Both the position numbers and the translations under genes were made by a program. Of a DNA stretch of 55,577 bases, positions 43,676 to 52,147 are shown piece after piece (position 1 is the first letter of the stretch; the number at the start of each line of letters is the position of its first letter). The DNA is taken from IMG/VR virus record IMGVR_UViG_3300029681_000005; one strand, 5' to 3'. A model generated the notes under the pieces. It did no database searches. It was not told the DNA's origin and saw nothing but the letters and a program-made list of their open reading frames with translations. The DNA comes from a virus.

Positions 43676-44090
43676 CCGAGAAGCGAAGTACCCAAACCGA
43701 TGGACAATGACTAAACCGGACGGCTCGTCAGAAGTCGTCACTCTTGTCCGCAATGACGAGCCAATCGTTGAAGGCACTCCTATGAATGCCGAAACGTTGA
43801 ACACTCTTTCAGATGTTGCAGGCGCGGACATTGCGAGAATTGCTGCCGAAAAAGCAGAACTGAACGCGAAACGGTCTGAAATAAACGCTGAAACATCCGC
43901 GCAAGAATCTCAGAGACAAGCCGAAAAGTCTGCTGAAAGCGCCCGTCTTGCAGAACAGAGTGCAAATAAAGGCGGCTGGATGGATTTCGAGCAGAAGAAC
44001 GGCATTCTTTATATGGTCAAAAGTGATAGCTTGACCGAAATAAATATGCAAGACAATGGCTCTGGAATTTTGGAGGTGACGTTTGAATGA
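43662..44090 (+). CDS. Tail-fibre-associated protein with a coiled coil
   Basis: Start at MHFVD after GGAGGTGAA; A/E/S-rich coiled coil. Confidence 0.5.
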   Translation: MHFVDREAKYPNRWTMTKPDGSSEVVTLVRNDEPIVEGTPMNAETLNTLSDVAGADIARIAAEKAELNAKRSEINAETSAQESQRQAEKSAESARLAEQSANKGGWMDFEQKNGILYMVKSDSLTEINMQDNGSGILEVTFE

Positions 44091-45205
44091 GCAAAACAAT
44101 CGAAATCGGCCCTTATAGCGCTTATGCCATTGCTGTAAAGTATGGCTATGTGGGCACAGAAGAGGACTGGATTAAAGCAGTCGAAGCTGCTCGAAAGAGT
44201 GCAGAGACAAGCGCAGCCAATGCAAAACGAGAAGCAGACGGGGCTTCTACTTCTGCCGCTACTGCCACTGAACAGGCCGGAATTGCAACCACAAAAGCTG
44301 GTGAATCTGCCGCATCCGCTGATGCTTCTGCATCCAGTGCATCTGCCGCTGCAACCAGTGAAGCCAATGCAAAGAAATACTCGGAAGAGGCCGGGGCCAA
44401 AGCAAATACTGATAAGACCCTGAGCATTGAAAACGCCCCTGCGGACGCAAAGGCTACCGGTGATGCTCTGGCAGGCAAAGCAGACTCCGTCGTTCCACAT
44501 GATCTTTCTATTCCGATCACGGGATGGCAAACAGACACAGAAGTTGCAGAGTATCCGCATTACATTGACATTACAGCAGATGTTACGTCCACGACTGTGG
44601 TATCTGTCAGCATTGACCCTGCAAGTGCAGACGTAGCCGGTAAAGCTATGCTTGTAAACCCCGAAACTCGAACCGGAGCTATCCGTATCCGTGCACACAA
44701 CATTCCGACTGCGGAAATTTCCGCCCGGTGGTATCCCATCAAGTATGGTGGCCAGTTCTATGGTGACGGCTCCATCTATTCCAACTTCCTGCTTGCGGCA
44801 CATCCTGTGGGTAGTATCTATCAGACCATCAGCCCGGAAAACCCGGCTGTGACTTTTGGCGGCGGCACGTGGGAAAAGATTGCGCAAGATAGGGTGTTAA
44901 TGGGCGCAAGTGATACGCACCTGGCTGGTACAACGGTAGAGGCAGGACTGCCGAATATTAAGGGCGGGATCAATCCCTCTTATGGAAGTTTTATGTGGGC
45001 AAAAGGAACAAATTCTGGTGCTTTTGGTGATCCGTCGGGTGGGGCTCATGAACATTATACGAACTCGTATACCGATGATTTTGATGCACCCACTGACATA
45101 GCTGGACTTGTTTTTGACGCTTCTTTCTCCAACCCCATTTACGGCGCATCCAACACCGTCCAACCCCCGGCATACTTTACTTACACTTGGCTTCGTACCG
45201 ACTGA
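44087..45205 (+). CDS. Tail fibre protein with a tail-collar-type C-terminal domain
   Basis: A/S/T-rich stalk, then HPVGSIYQTISPENPAVTFGGGTWEKI. Confidence 0.65.
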   Translation: MSKTIEIGPYSAYAIAVKYGYVGTEEDWIKAVEAARKSAETSAANAKREADGASTSAATATEQAGIATTKAGESAASADASASSASAAATSEANAKKYSEEAGAKANTDKTLSIENAPADAKATGDALAGKADSVVPHDLSIPITGWQTDTEVAEYPHYIDITADVTSTTVVSVSIDPASADVAGKAMLVNPETRTGAIRIRAHNIPTAEISARWYPIKYGGQFYGDGSIYSNFLLAAHPVGSIYQTISPENPAVTFGGGTWEKIAQDRVLMGASDTHLAGTTVEAGLPNIKGGINPSYGSFMWAKGTNSGAFGDPSGGAHEHYTNSYTDDFDAPTDIAGLVFDASFSNPIYGASNTVQPPAYFTYTWLRTD

Positions 45206-45216
45206 AAGGAGAAACA

Positions 45217-45705
45217 ATGGCACTAGGAGAACTCAAAAACGGCATTGGCCCTGATGCCTATGCTATCTATCAGCAAGTCCTTGCGGCGGTAGTCGAGCGG
45301 GACCACCCCGTGGGCAGTCTGTACATCAGCGAAAACGCAACCAGCCCGGCCGAGCTTTACGGCGGCACATGGGAGCAGATCAAAGACAGCTTTATCCTGG
45401 CCGCTGGCGATACCTATGCGGCAGGTAGTACGGGTGGTGAAGCTAACCATACACTAGCAGATAATGAGATGCCTAGCCACACCCACATAGTTACCGCCTA
45501 TTACAATTATGGTTGGAATGTCAAAGTTGGATTAGAATTGGGCGAGACATTTACTTCGTCTAATCACGTTGATATAACAGGCTCTCAATCCATTGGTACG
45601 GATACAGGCAGAGGGTATCTCGGGACAAATGCTTCTGGCGGAGACAAACCCCACAACAATATGCCGCCCTACATCGCCGCGTACATCTGGCGGCGTGTCG
45701 CCTGA
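45217..45705 (+). CDS. Phage tail-collar domain protein (MdpB-like)
   Basis: HPVGSLYIS...YGGTWEQI...HTLADNEMPSHTH...KPHNNMPPYIAAYIW. Confidence 0.65.
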   Translation: MALGELKNGIGPDAYAIYQQVLAAVVERDHPVGSLYISENATSPAELYGGTWEQIKDSFILAAGDTYAAGSTGGEANHTLADNEMPSHTHIVTAYYNYGWNVKVGLELGETFTSSNHVDITGSQSIGTDTGRGYLGTNASGGDKPHNNMPPYIAAYIWRRVA

Positions 45706-45716
45706 AAGGAGACCTT

Positions 45717-46091
45717 ATGAAAATCATTGACAGTAACAGCAGCCCCATCGAAAACCCCGACCTGACGAAAGGCTACCTCAAGCAGGAGACCCAGACTGTC
45801 CACCACGATGCTGTGGCTGGCATGGAAGAGGTCAGCCACTACGAGACCATCCGTGAATATCCAAACGGGGGAAAAGACGTAAAGAAAGTCGTGGATGTCA
45901 AAGCTGTTCCGGCTCAGGAAGCCTATGACGAAGAGGTGGAAGTGCAACGGTACATCCGCTACACCACCGAAGAGCTGGTCGCGCAGGAAAAGGCCCGCAA
46001 GGAAGCAGAGGAAAAGGCACAGTTGCCCACCGCAGAAGAGCGCCTTGCTGCTCTGGAAGCGGCTATGCTCGATCTGCTGGCCGCACAGTAA
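45717..46091 (+). CDS. Hypothetical tail-module protein (124 aa)
   Basis: Synteny; C-terminal coiled coil. Confidence 0.5.
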   Translation: MKIIDSNSSPIENPDLTKGYLKQETQTVHHDAVAGMEEVSHYETIREYPNGGKDVKKVVDVKAVPAQEAYDEEVEVQRYIRYTTEELVAQEKARKEAEEKAQLPTAEERLAALEAAMLDLLAAQ

Positions 46092-46101
46092 GGAGGATGT
46101 T

Positions 46102-46245
46102 ATGGTTTTGTTCTATGTGACCCAAATCAAACTGCACCGCTTTGACGGCGCTTTTACCATCGACAACGTTCCTGACCGGTACAAGGATGCCGTGATGAAA
46201 AAGCTGACGGAGGAGGGATTTTATGAGGTGGAAAGTGATGCTTGA
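46102..46245 (+). CDS. XkdX-like small protein (47 aa)
   Basis: AAGGAGG upstream; MVLFYVTQIKLHRFDGAFTIDNVPDRYKDAV. Confidence 0.45.
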   Translation: MVLFYVTQIKLHRFDGAFTIDNVPDRYKDAVMKKLTEEGFYEVESDA

Positions 46246-47008
46246 CTTCCTGCGGGATATCTTTTCTGCCCTCTCCCACGCTGCCGGTGACAGCGCCGAC
46301 AAGGAAGAGCCTTCTCCTGCACCGGACGTGCCCACTGTGGACACCGTGAACGGGTGGGCAGGTGAGCCTCCTTACCGGTACATTGACGTGAGCCGGTGGC
46401 AGGGCACAATCGACTGGGAGAAAGTCAAGTCTACGGAGTACAGGGGCGTAATGCTGCGTGCACTGGGCAACAAGGGCGGCAATCCTTATTTTGACCCCTG
46501 CTTTGAGGAGAACTACGCCGGTGCAAAGGCCGCAGGGCTTGACGTTGGCGTATACTGGTACAGCGCAGCCACCACACAGGCTGGTCTGGATGCAGAGCTG
46601 TCCATGCTGAAAGAGGCTGTCCGTGGGAAAGAGCTGACCCTTCCGGTCGCTATGGACGTAGAAGATTCTCGTCTTGCGGTGCTGAATGCGCAAGATCTGA
46701 CCGACCACGTGGCAACAGCCCTGCACGAAGTGGAGCAGATGGGCTTTTATGCCCAGCTTTACACCTACACCAGCTTTGCAAAGGCACATCTCTTTGTGGG
46801 CGGTGCGGCTCTGCACCCTTATGACGTATGGCTTGCTGACTACACTGGCAAGACCCCGAAGGTGGACTTTAAGTACAATGCCCACCAGCACACCAGCAAG
46901 GGCAGCATGCCGGGCATTTCCGGCAACGTTGATCTCAATGTGACCGAAATCAACTACCCGAAAATCATCCGCAAGAAGGGCCTGACCCGTCTCCGGGAGG
47001 ACAAATGA
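46238..47008 (+). CDS. Endolysin, GH25 muramidase
   Basis: YIDVSRWQGTIDWEKV, GLDVGVYWYS, DVWLADY and HQHTSKGSMPGISGNVDLN. Confidence 0.8.
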   Translation: MLDFLRDIFSALSHAAGDSADKEEPSPAPDVPTVDTVNGWAGEPPYRYIDVSRWQGTIDWEKVKSTEYRGVMLRALGNKGGNPYFDPCFEENYAGAKAAGLDVGVYWYSAATTQAGLDAELSMLKEAVRGKELTLPVAMDVEDSRLAVLNAQDLTDHVATALHEVEQMGFYAQLYTYTSFAKAHLFVGGAALHPYDVWLADYTGKTPKVDFKYNAHQHTSKGSMPGISGNVDLNVTEINYPKIIRKKGLTRLREDK

Positions 47009-47394
47009 CCGAAAAAGAAGCTTTGCTGTGGGTGCTTGGCATCCTGGGTAGCCTGTGTGCTGCAGCCATCACCATTGACAAGGTGCTGGAAATCATTCAC
47101 AAGTACATCAAAAAGGCGCAGGAACCGGACAACGTGCGGAACAAGCGGCTGGATGAGATGGACAAGCGCATCGGCACCTTAGAGCAGGGCCAGCTCCAAC
47201 ACACGCAGGCCCTTGCCCGAGATCTGCGCCGCTTTGAAGAAATTGACGAGGTGAGCCGTCTGACCCTCGACGTGGTGCGCAACCTTCTGGATGCGCAGCT
47301 GTCCGGCAACAATCGCGAGGGGATGCAGAAGAGCCGCACCGACATCGACAACTATCTTTTGAAAGGAGTTACCAATCATGGAAGCGATTCGTAA
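47005..47394 (+). CDS. Lysis-cassette protein: N-terminal TM helix plus coiled coil
   Basis: LLWVLGILGSLCAAAITI; lies between the endolysin and holin genes. Confidence 0.5.
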   Translation: MTEKEALLWVLGILGSLCAAAITIDKVLEIIHKYIKKAQEPDNVRNKRLDEMDKRIGTLEQGQLQHTQALARDLRRFEEIDEVSRLTLDVVRNLLDAQLSGNNREGMQKSRTDIDNYLLKGVTNHGSDS

Positions 47395-47716
47395 CCTTTT
47401 GACCGCACTTCCCGCACCTGTGGCCCTCGTGCTCATGCTGGGCGGCCTTGCGTTCTATGCACTGGGCTGCATCCGGCTGGGCTATGGTGCCGCTGTCAAG
47501 GGCACTGTGCTCGACCTCATTGCAAGGGCAGAGCAGGAGATTCAGGGCACCAAGAGAGGCGCAGAACGTAAGGCGTGGGTGGCGCAGATGCTCCGCACGG
47601 CCCTCAGCGCCAGCAAGTGGGGCAGACTTATCAGCTGGGCCATCACCGATGAGACCATCGGCACCATCATCCAGTTTTTCTTTGACCGCGCAAAGGCGGC
47701 CCTGAGTAAGGAGTAA
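47378..47716 (+). CDS. Holin, LL-H-family-like
   Basis: N-terminal TM helix, then ...GAERKAWVAQML...ITDETIGTIIQFFFDRAK. Confidence 0.55.
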   Translation: MEAIRNLLTALPAPVALVLMLGGLAFYALGCIRLGYGAAVKGTVLDLIARAEQEIQGTKRGAERKAWVAQMLRTALSASKWGRLISWAITDETIGTIIQFFFDRAKAALSKE

Positions 47717-47877
47717 GACCATGAGCAGCACTACATACCAGATTTACGCCAAAAACAAGCAAATCCATCGTAAAGTGAGCATAATTTGCACACTTTCAGT
47801 GCGAATTTCCCGTTTTCAGCATAAATTCACCGCTATGGTGCGCAACGCAGGACAGCTTCCGCAGCCCTTCTGACTCG

Positions 47878-48111
47878 GTGCTGCCTGTGGCGGCGGCTCG
47901 TGTAGTCTTTCCGCCAGCGTTGCAAGGGCTTAATGCAGAACAGATAAAAGCTGTGATAAAACGTTCGCCGCTTGGGAGGTATGACCGGAAAATCGCCCGG
48001 TTGCGGTACGTTGACCAGCTATGTCAAGTTGATATTGCAGCGCGTGTGCCGTATTGTCGGACATCAATCGGCAATAGGCTGAAAATTATTGATAAAATGC
48101 TGGATGTGTGA
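47878..48111 (+). CDS. Sigma-70 region-4-like HTH ORF (77 aa), no clear RBS
   Basis: DRKIARLRYVDQLCQVDIAARVPYCRTSIGNRLKIIDKML. Confidence 0.4.
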   Translation: MLPVAAARVVFPPALQGLNAEQIKAVIKRSPLGRYDRKIARLRYVDQLCQVDIAARVPYCRTSIGNRLKIIDKMLDV

Positions 48112-48156
48112 TACTATACTTTTAATTGGGTGCGTTTTCTTGTGAAGCGCGTTGAA

Positions 48157-48192
48157 GCGGCAGGCTTTCGGGTCTGCCGCTTTTCTTTTTTT
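48157..48192 (+). terminator. Rho-independent terminator
   Basis: GCGGCAGGC-tttcg-GGTCTGCCGC followed by TTTTCTTTTTTT. Confidence 0.75.
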
Positions 48193-48357
48193 ACGATTTG
48201 CTGGTGGATTTTGTTTTATTCGCACTAGTTTTGTCGAAAGCATTGCCATATATTGGATGATGTGATATCTTAGCATTGCACTCCAATGTGTGTGCCCTTA
48301 ACAGTTAAGCGCTCATGCGGATTTTTCCGTGTGGGCGCTTTTCTTTTTTGCTCATAG

Positions 48358-48399
48358 TAATCAAGCTCTAATCAAGCTTTAAGCAAGGTTTAAGCAAGA
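48358..48399. repeat. Four tandem 11-bp units (TAATCAAGCTC, TAATCAAGCTT, TAAGCAAGGTT, TAAGCAAGATT)
   Basis: Read directly. Followed by duplicated TTCGTTGT / TGTCCTTC motifs to 48433. Confidence 0.8.
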
Positions 48400-48479
48400 T
48401 TTTTTGTCCTTCGTTGTGCGTTCGTTGTCCTTCACTTTTTTCTGATGCGGTACACTGAGAGCACAAGGAGGGATGTTTT

Positions 48480-48998
48480 ATGAGCTATTATCCGACACCC
48501 GGAACGCCTTACGTTCCGCAGCAGCCTGTCAATCCTTACGGTGGCATGGGAACGGTAGGCCTTGCCACTCCCCTGCCCAACACGCAGATGCAGCAGGCAC
48601 AGCCGCAGCGTCCGCAGCCGATGAATGGGCAGCAGCCTGTTCAGCAGTCGGCACAAGATGGCGGTTGGTTGCTTGGCAGACCTGTTTCCAGCAGAGAAGA
48701 GTTTTTGGCGATACCGTCTGACCTGTACGGAAGATGGACGTATTGCCCGGATTTGCGTAGTGGGGTCATCTACTGCAAACGTCTGAACCCAAACACTTGT
48801 GAATCTGACGTGTTAGAGTTTTACAGCCCGGAAGCATGGCGGCAAATGCAAGCGCAACAGGCACAGCAGACCGCTGCACCAACACAGCAGTATGTGCCTG
48901 TTGAGCAATACAATGCCCTCGTCCACCGTTTGGATGAGTTGGAAAAGTGGCAGAAGAGCTTTTCTAAGCCCACTGCCACCGCAAAGAAAGGAGAATAA
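48480..48998 (+). CDS. Unknown: Q/P-rich disordered N-terminus, small Cys-containing domain, coiled coil
   Basis: AAGGAGGG RBS; MSYYPTPGTPYVPQQPVNPYGG... Confidence 0.65.
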   Translation: MSYYPTPGTPYVPQQPVNPYGGMGTVGLATPLPNTQMQQAQPQRPQPMNGQQPVQQSAQDGGWLLGRPVSSREEFLAIPSDLYGRWTYCPDLRSGVIYCKRLNPNTCESDVLEFYSPEAWRQMQAQQAQQTAAPTQQYVPVEQYNALVHRLDELEKWQKSFSKPTATAKKGE

Positions 48999-49001
48999 GC
49001 A

Positions 49002-49253
49002 ATGTCCTCTCCGTTTGATATGATTACTCACAGCCCTATCATGCAGCTTGCAAATCTGGCTCGCGCCGGGCAAAACCCGATGGGGCTTATCCAGCAGCTG
49101 GGTGGGCAGAGCGCACCCATCATGCAGGGGCTGAACCTGATTCAGGGCAAAAACGAAGCGCAACTCAGGACGATGGCGCAGAACCTCGCCAAAGAGCGTG
49201 GCATCGACCTGAACCAACTGGCAAGCGCCCTAAATTTGACGCTTCCGAAGTGA
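49002..49253 (+). CDS. Unknown small Q/M/G-rich protein (83 aa)
   Basis: ORF track; tightly spaced after 48998. Confidence 0.6.
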   Translation: MSSPFDMITHSPIMQLANLARAGQNPMGLIQQLGGQSAPIMQGLNLIQGKNEAQLRTMAQNLAKERGIDLNQLASALNLTLPK

Positions 49254-49265
49254 GGAGGCTTTACA

Positions 49266-49427
49266 ATGGATGATTTTGAAAACAACCATTCCGAAAAAGA
49301 TTTTGACATCAACAATCTGTGTGGCAATGACAAAATATGGGTTCCTTTAATGCTTGGCTTGATTTTCGGTGCTGCCAGCAAAAATTGGGTTGACCAAAAA
49401 GACAAAAAAGACAACCCTCCAAGTTGA
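49266..49427 (+). CDS. Micro membrane protein (53 aa), N-terminal paralogue of the 49568 protein
   Basis: AGGAGG RBS; MDDFENN...IWVPLMLGLIFGAA; translated by hand. Confidence 0.55.
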   Translation: MDDFENNHSEKDFDINNLCGNDKIWVPLMLGLIFGAASKNWVDQKDKKDNPPS

Positions 49428-49567
49428 CTTAACAATCCTAAAATAAGCATCCTTCTAAGCGAAACGCTTCTCAGTTTTGCGGACTTGACAAAAACCGCGT
49501 TTGTTTGGCTTCGCCCATCGCATACGGCGGTGGGATAGCATAACGCAAAACTGAAAGGAGTTTTGTT

Positions 49568-50440
49568 ATGGACGATTTTGCAACTGGCTATCTGGCTGGG
49601 CAGGACGGCGGCAACAACAACGGCGGATTCTTCGGCAACGAAGGCCTGTGGGCTGTTATTATCCTTGCCATCATCTTCGGCTGGGGTACAAACGGCTATG
49701 GCCGGAACGGCGGTGACAACGGCATGAACGCTTACATCCCCTATCTGGTCGGCACAGGCGCAACCGGGCAGGGCGGTAACGACACCCGCGCGGCTTTGTC
49801 TGAGGGCTTCTACCAGCAGGATACCTCCCGTTCTCTGGCGGGCATCCAGAGCGGTATCTGCTCTCTGGGCTATGACCAGCTGGCACAGATGAACGGCGTC
49901 AACACCAACATCGCAAACGGCTTTGCAGGCGTGAACAGCGCCATCTGTCAGCTTGGCTACCAAAACGCACAGCTCGTGAACGGTCTGGAACGCAGTGTGT
50001 CCAACGGAGACAACGCTATCAGCCTTGCCATCATGCAGGAGGGCAACGCACGGCAGGCAGGTCAGACCGCTCTTGCCACGCAGCTTGCATCTTGCTGCTG
50101 CGAGAACAAGCAGCTGATCGGCGACCTGAAGTACACCATCGCAACGGAAGATTGTGCTACCCGTCAGGCTATCGCAGACAACGCCCGCGCCATTGTGGAC
50201 AACTGCAACGCCAACTTCCGCAGCATGATGGACTACTTCACGCAGGACAAGATTGCCACTCTGACCGCTGAGAACCAGAACCTCAAGTTCGCGGCTTCTC
50301 AGGATCGTCAGAATGCGCTTCTGACCACCGTGATGTCCCAGCAGACTGATACCATCCTGAACCGGGTCAATCCTCGTCCGATTCCCGCTTATCAGGTGGC
50401 AAACCCCAACTTGGGCGTGAACTGCTGCGGCTGCTGCTAA
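49568..50440 (+). CDS. Unknown membrane-anchored protein: G/N-rich N-terminus, one TM helix, helical Q/N/A-rich body, Cys clusters (SCCCE, C-terminal NCCGCC)
   Basis: AAAGGAG RBS; MDDFATGYLAGQDGGNNNGGFFGNEGLWAVIILAIIFGWG. Confidence 0.65.
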   Translation: MDDFATGYLAGQDGGNNNGGFFGNEGLWAVIILAIIFGWGTNGYGRNGGDNGMNAYIPYLVGTGATGQGGNDTRAALSEGFYQQDTSRSLAGIQSGICSLGYDQLAQMNGVNTNIANGFAGVNSAICQLGYQNAQLVNGLERSVSNGDNAISLAIMQEGNARQAGQTALATQLASCCCENKQLIGDLKYTIATEDCATRQAIADNARAIVDNCNANFRSMMDYFTQDKIATLTAENQNLKFAASQDRQNALLTTVMSQQTDTILNRVNPRPIPAYQVANPNLGVNCCGCC

Positions 50441-50525
50441 CCAACACACTCCCCGATAACACCGGGTGAACCATCGGGGCAGGGGTAAGACACCTCTGCC
50501 CCTGATTTTTTAGGAGGAAAACATT

Positions 50526-50897
50526 ATGGCTTGCAAAACAAGCTGCCGTCTGTGCCCGCACCTCGTCATCTCGAATGCGGTGACGTTCGCCAATGACACG
50601 CTGACCATCAACATTCCTGCTGGCTCTTACCAGAACGGAGAGAAGTATTGTCTGGTCATTGCTCAGGCTTTGCCGGACACGACCACCATCAACGCCCCTG
50701 TGGTCATTACCATTGGAGCAGGTACGACCGCATACCCTCTGACCGACTGCAACTGCGCTCAGGCGACCGCCGAGAGCATCCACACCCGCACCCGTTACGC
50801 TACCTGCGTTGCAACGTCTGCGACCGGCACAGGCACGTTCAAATATCTTGGCTGCTTCTGCCGTTCCCACGCCGGAGCGCCCGCGTCTATTTCTTGA
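50526..50897 (+). CDS. Unknown beta-rich protein (123 aa) with N- and C-terminal Cys clusters
   Basis: AGGAGGAAAA RBS; MACKTSCRLCPH...YLGCFCRSH. Confidence 0.65.
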   Translation: MACKTSCRLCPHLVISNAVTFANDTLTINIPAGSYQNGEKYCLVIAQALPDTTTINAPVVITIGAGTTAYPLTDCNCAQATAESIHTRTRYATCVATSATGTGTFKYLGCFCRSHAGAPASIS

Positions 50898-50910
50898 GGA
50901 GGTGTAGATT

Positions 50911-51549
50911 ATGGGCAAGAACAATTTTCGCCGCATGATGATGCTCCGTGACCACGACAAAAACCGTGAGCCGGAACGTGACCGTCTTGAGGAAGAGCGT
51001 GACCGCAGGGAGCGTGAAATGGAACGTCGTCTGCGTAAGCTGGAAGGTGGCAACGACCGCTATCCCTACTATCTGCAGGAGGAAAACCGCTACATCGACC
51101 CCTACCCTATCCCTCGCTACCCTGACGTAGAGTATGAGCGCAAGATGCCGCAGATTGGCTTCTCGCAGAGCGGAGACTGGGACAAGCGGTCTAAGCAGTA
51201 TGAGCATGGCGGTGCGGACAGCCGCTCGATCAAGATGCCACGCAAGCACCTCACCCACGATGAAGCGGAGGAATGGTGCGACAGCATGGTGAACGCTGAC
51301 GGCACAAAGGGCTGTCACTGGACGCTGGAACAGACACAGGACGTTGCCAAACAGCGCAGCATCGCCTGTGACCCGAACGATTTCTGGGCTGTCATGAACA
51401 TGATGTACTCCGATTATTGCCAGGTTGCAAAGCGTCAGTCCGTTGACACTCCGGGCTTCTATGCTGACATGGCAAAGGCGTTCCTTGAGGACGTAGATGC
51501 CGCAGATGGTAAGGCGTATCTCTACTGGGATTGCATTGCTGAAAAGTAA
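50911..51549 (+). CDS. Unknown protein: R/E/D-rich and P/Y-rich N-terminus plus conserved-looking C-terminal domain (…FWAVMNMMYSDYCQVAK…)
   Basis: GAGGAGG RBS; ORF track. Confidence 0.65.
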   Translation: MGKNNFRRMMMLRDHDKNREPERDRLEEERDRREREMERRLRKLEGGNDRYPYYLQEENRYIDPYPIPRYPDVEYERKMPQIGFSQSGDWDKRSKQYEHGGADSRSIKMPRKHLTHDEAEEWCDSMVNADGTKGCHWTLEQTQDVAKQRSIACDPNDFWAVMNMMYSDYCQVAKRQSVDTPGFYADMAKAFLEDVDAADGKAYLYWDCIAEK

Positions 51550-51555
51550 AACAAA

Positions 51556-51594
51556 CCCCTGTGCAACCAATCGAGGTTACACAGGGGTGTTTTG
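51556..51594. terminator. Bidirectional terminator between convergent blocks
   Basis: CCCCTGTG ... CACAGGGG followed by TGTTTTG. Confidence 0.7.
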
Positions 51595-51597
51595 CGC

Positions 51598-52086
51598 TTA
51601 TCGGATTGTCACTATTCCTCTATCTTTCATATACTCGATAAAATCTTCTGCTGGCATTCTCTCTGAAAGTTCTTTCATTGTGTATTGGCGTTTTTCCTCA
51701 ACCCAATGCTTCTTTTCTTCGATACCAGACAAATCGTGGACTGTATACCATTGTGTTTTTGGGCTATCAAGTCCATTTGAAAGGAATTGGACCTTAAACC
51801 AATCTGGACGTTTTCTTCGTTCAAACCAATTCAATTCTGAAAATTTTATCCATGCAATGTTTTTATAATTTCCTTCCTTTTGCCCTTTGCTCTTAAAATT
51901 ATTTCTTATTTTCTTTAAGCTAAAATAGTTGTTTTCAACGCATTGGTTTTCCATATATCTTATGCGCCAATCTTTGTCTCGAAAGACCATCTTACCTTCG
52001 TATATGTCACCGCCTGTCCCATTGAGATACCAATGCGATTCGTAGTGGCCTAACACTTTTTGTCCCATGTGTTTCCTTTCTCCCAT
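51598..52086 (-). CDS. Unknown Trp/Lys-rich protein (162 aa; alternative start at 52068), AT-rich gene
   Basis: ORF track; last gene of the minus-strand operon; composition differs from neighbours. Confidence 0.6.
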   Translation of the reverse strand: MGERKHMGQKVLGHYESHWYLNGTGGDIYEGKMVFRDKDWRIRYMENQCVENNYFSLKKIRNNFKSKGQKEGNYKNIAWIKFSELNWFERRKRPDWFKVQFLSNGLDSPKTQWYTVHDLSGIEEKKHWVEEKRQYTMKELSERMPAEDFIEYMKDRGIVTIR

Positions 52087-52147
52087 GTGCGGTCGTTGCG
52101 GCTACACAGGGGCCATTTTATTTGGTATAGTACAATTTCATCATACG

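Noticed and set aside
26602-45705. Gin/Cin-like invertible tail-fibre switch driven by the serine recombinase
   Set aside because: The recombinase is 17 kb from the fibre genes. I saw no inverted repeats flanking or inside 43662-45705 and no oppositely oriented alternative fibre exons. A resolution role is more likely.
47721-47873. 50-aa ORF (MSSTTYQIYAKNKQIHRK...) directly after the holin
   Set aside because: It has no RBS and an unremarkable basic sequence. It lies in the spacer before the sigma-r4-like ORF, so support is insufficient.
31306-50449. Long antisense ORFs inside the portal, capsid, tape-measure and 49568 genes (31306..32268, 33223..34245, 39538..40692, 49142..50449)
   Set aside because: They lie entirely opposite well-supported genes, have odd composition (Arg/His/Cys/Val-rich) and have no RBS. 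They are shadow frames of GC-rich coding DNA.
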